Both the position numbers and the translations under genes were made by a program. Source: Myxococcota bacterium (lineage in GTDB: Bacteria; Myxococcota_A; SURF-8). From it: a DNA stretch of 64,000 nt. Under the pieces are notes generated by a model. The model was not told the DNA's origin. It was given only the letters and a program-made list of their open reading frames with translations, and made no database searches. Position 1 is the first letter of the stretch; each line of letters opens with the position of its first letter. The stretch is taken from assembly GCA_965140415.1 (NCBI GenBank), contig OZ223209.1, positions 4,864,001-4,928,000 of the forward strand. The letters are read 5' to 3'. Of the stretch, positions 61,330-64,000 are shown piece by piece.

Positions 61330-64000
61330 TTACTTGTCGCCGTCGCTTTCGTCGTCATCATCGTCATCATCATCGTCATCATCGTCGTCATCGTCCGATA
61401 CGATAACCAGACAAATTCCCCGATCACCGCAGATTTCACCGGCGGCGCACCCGTCGTAACCAATGCAGGTGAGCGCGCATACGGAACCGTCGCAATAGCT
61501 GCCTTTTGGACAATGAGTATCGTTCTGGCACGTAGGATAGAGATGAATGCGATCCTCATCGCTACCAGAACACTTCCCGCGCCCGTCGCATATTTCATCA
61601 GGCGGACAATCTTCATTCAGGAAACAATCCGCATAACAGACCATCTGCCCTATCGAACAGAAGGAACCACGCGGACAATCCGCCGGTCCATCGCAACTGA
61701 TTGTCCGGGCTTCGCAACGTCCCCGCTCTTTATTACAGGTCCGAGGTAGCGAACACTGATCGTCACTGGTACATTCGCTAATGCAACGACTGTTCAACAT
61801 GTCACAGTGGAATCCCTGGTTGCACTCCTCGTCTGTGAAACAAGTGTCAACAGCACGTTTATCACCGGCAGAACCCTGACTGACTTCGCAACGACCTTCG
61901 AGTCCGCAAAATTCCCCTGGACTGCAACCCAAATCCGGATAGGCGCAATCGGTGACGCAAATTCCTTCCTCACATCGTGAGTAGTAATAGCACACGCCTT
62001 CCGGACCTTGATCACAAGTATGGTACGAATAAGCCGTATCGGCATCGCCCCCCTGGCAGCGCCCGCGATTATCGCAAACCGACCCTTCTGGACATTGGTT
62101 GTCACCAAAACAGTCTGCGGTGCATTTGTCCAGATTGCTGTCGCAATAGAGCCCCTTGGGACAGGCTATATCCCCGTATTCATTACAATTGTACGCACCG
62201 GAATTACACAGGTTGTTTTCACCACACCATTCTCCATCCTGACAATGCTCATTCAACAAACACTCTTGAGTGCAAAGCTTGACCCCTTCAACAGGACAAG
62301 TAAAGTTTTCCTCACAGTCGTCGTCATTGAAGCAGGGACCACCATACCTCGGAAATGGCAGTTCCAGATCGCCATCTGGGCCATACGGCGTGCAACGCAT
62401 GGTTTCCGAAGCACAGTAGGAATTTTCCGGACAAGAAGGCAGACATTCCGTTTCACAACGGCCTTCTTCATTACAATAGTAGAGACTCGGGCAGTCTTCC
62501 AGAACCGTACAGGCCTGGTCGATGTCGTAATCGGTGGGAGCCAGATCATCGCAGTCGATATCCCCGACTCCGCAAACCACGCAATGACCTCTAAGGCTGC
62601 AATATTGTTCCGGATAACATCCATCTCGCGGCGGTTTGCAATCCGAAGTACATACCTGGCTCGCCACGTTGCAATACTGGTAATCCGGACATTCATCATC
62701 CGTAACACAATTGATTACCACCGGCCAATCGGTCGTCTCACCCGCATCCAGATCACCATCGGGCGGTCGCGGCACACATTCGCCCAACATGCTGCATACG
62801 TTGTCTTCACCGGGGCAGTCATCATTGCTCAGGCAGTCGGAAATGCACTTCTGCGCTTGTGTGTCACAACGATAACGGAACGGGCAGTTGACGTCTTCCG
62901 TGCAGAAAATGTAATCGCCATCCGCCACGATTTCTTCGCAGCGACCCACATCATTGCAGTACCAACCACCCCAACAATCATCATCGCTGGCGCAAATCTG
63001 ATCGCAGAATCCATTGTTGCAGAAATGGCGGAACTCACAATCATCATCAATTACACATTCCGGCGGCGGCGGTTCACACATACCGAATTCATTGCAGATA
63101 TAGTCGATACCGCTGTTGCCGTAATTCGCACAATCTTCCAGGCTGACGCATTCCCGGCAGCAGTTGCCTTCGCAACAACTCCAGCCTACACCACAATCCT
63201 GCACAACCGTCTGTTCGGTACAGGAACCGGGAGCGTCTCCTTCCGTATCTCCATCGCTGCCACAATTCAAATCGAGTTGGCAACGACCATGCACACAGTC
63301 GTAACAGGTCGGACATTCGCTGTCGAAACAGCAACCTACCGTACAATGAGCGCCAATACTGTAATCGCAATACTGACAATTCGGACAATCCGTATCGTAT
63401 TCGCAGGACTGTCCCATATCCTGATCGCCCTGACTATCCGGCTCGCAGCGTCCCCGCTCAAGCCGGCAGGTCGATCCCTGCGGACAAGCGATCGTGTCGC
63501 TGCACTCATACTCGCATTCATGCAAAATGGTATTACAATACTTACCCCAAGGACATTGGGCGTCAACCTGACAAACTCCTGAATTCAGATCGATATCAGT
63601 CAAGTCGATATCCAGATCGCCATCGATTCCGACCCACACGCAGAAGCCGTCATCCGGGTTACACTCGTAACCGGGCTCGCATTCCAGCTCCGGGGGATGG
63701 CAAGGACCCGGTGCGCATAAAAAGGTTGTAAAATCACAATAGTAATAATCCGGACAGTCCGGATGATCGATGCAGAAAGAGGCGCCATCCCAATCGTCGT
63801 CCCACTCGAAATCCCCATCCGGAGGCAGTTCGTCGGGGTCTCCAGGAGGCATGTCCAGATCGCCATCAACAGGAGAATCCGAGTCAATATCTCCCGGCGG
63901 GGTGTCGGGATCGGCGTCGCCTGGCAGATCCAGGTCGCCGTCGCCGGGAAGATCCGGGTCTGCGTCTCCGGGAAGATCCGGGTCGACATCCACATCGCCA
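61330..64000 (-). CDS. Cys-rich repeat protein (C..D.DC..G..C modules) with DGD acidic spacers and C-terminal poly-Asp; 5' end beyond the window
   Basis: More than 20 Cys-rich modules; DADPDLPG repeats at the window edge; frame remains open to 64000. Confidence 0.85.
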   Translation of the reverse strand, partial: GDVDVDPDLPGDADPDLPGDGDLDLPGDADPDTPPGDIDSDSPVDGDLDMPPGDPDELPPDGDFEWDDDWDGASFCIDHPDCPDYYYCDFTTFLCAPGPCHPPELECEPGYECNPDDGFCVWVGIDGDLDIDLTDIDLNSGVCQVDAQCPWGKYCNTILHECEYECSDTIACPQGSTCRLERGRCEPDSQGDQDMGQSCEYDTDCPNCQYCDYSIGAHCTVGCCFDSECPTCYDCVHGRCQLDLNCGSDGDTEGDAPGSCTEQTVVQDCGVGWSCCEGNCCRECVSLEDCANYGNSGIDYICNEFGMCEPPPPECVIDDDCEFRHFCNNGFCDQICASDDDCWGGWYCNDVGRCEEIVADGDYIFCTEDVNCPFRYRCDTQAQKCISDCLSNDDCPGEDNVCSMLGECVPRPPDGDLDAGETTDWPVVINCVTDDECPDYQYCNVASQVCTSDCKPPRDGCYPEQYCSLRGHCVVCGVGDIDCDDLAPTDYDIDQACTVLEDCPSLYYCNEEGRCETECLPSCPENSYCASETMRCTPYGPDGDLELPFPRYGGPCFNDDDCEENFTCPVEGVKLCTQECLLNEHCQDGEWCGENNLCNSGAYNCNEYGDIACPKGLYCDSNLDKCTADCFGDNQCPEGSVCDNRGRCQGGDADTAYSYHTCDQGPEGVCYYYSRCEEGICVTDCAYPDLGCSPGEFCGLEGRCEVSQGSAGDKRAVDTCFTDEECNQGFHCDMLNSRCISECTSDDQCSLPRTCNKERGRCEARTISCDGPADCPRGSFCSIGQMVCYADCFLNEDCPPDEICDGRGKCSGSDEDRIHLYPTCQNDTHCPKGSYCDGSVCALTCIGYDGCAAGEICGDRGICLVIVSDDDDDDDDDDDDDDDESDGDK
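61351..61395 (-). repeat. Poly-Asp tract (15 consecutive Asp codons, mixed GAC/GAT)
   Basis: gtc/atc triplet run on the plus strand just before the stop. Confidence 0.9.

Noticed and set aside
62008-63582. 524-aa plus-strand ORF
   Set aside because: Ala/Thr/Ile/Val-rich antisense of Cys/Asp codons in the minus-strand gene.
1-64000. Complete DGR cassette (RT, Avd, template repeat)
   Set aside because: No RT motifs and no AAC-rich copy of the VRs seen in this window; only target-like sequences.

Overview
This is a 64 kb bacterial chromosomal window of moderately high GC. By inference it comes from a Myxococcota/deltaproteobacterial-like lineage, judged from PEGA, CGNG Cys-rich and FGE-fold proteins and Asp-rich lipoproteins. 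The left part holds housekeeping genes: an SMR/DMT exporter fragment, an RluA-family pseudouridine synthase, yacG, a ClpA/C-type ATPase, panE, and a PPi-dependent PFK with a histone-H1-like N-terminal tail. A small REP-flanked island carries a PEGA protein, a 3x111-bp BIME-like array, a DUF559 nuclease and a lipoprotein with two FGE/C-type-lectin domains. Both of those domains end in sequence with a DGR variable-repeat (NNY codon) signature. A minus-strand block runs from two SODs through four radical SAM genes to a TonB receptor, a His-rich lipoprotein and an arylsulfotransferase-like lipoprotein. The radical SAM genes encode six rSAM domains, three with B12-binding domains, and one protein holds three rSAM domains. 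The right half is a single ~28.9 kb gene for a ~9,600-aa secreted Ig/FN3/lectin-repeat protein ending in an FGE domain, preceded by a Cys-rich poly-Asp protein cut by the window edge. At least four distinct palindromic repeat families occur. I found no rRNA, tRNA, CRISPR array, transposase, reverse transcriptase or DGR template repeat. All family calls come from motifs recognised by eye; no database searches were run.
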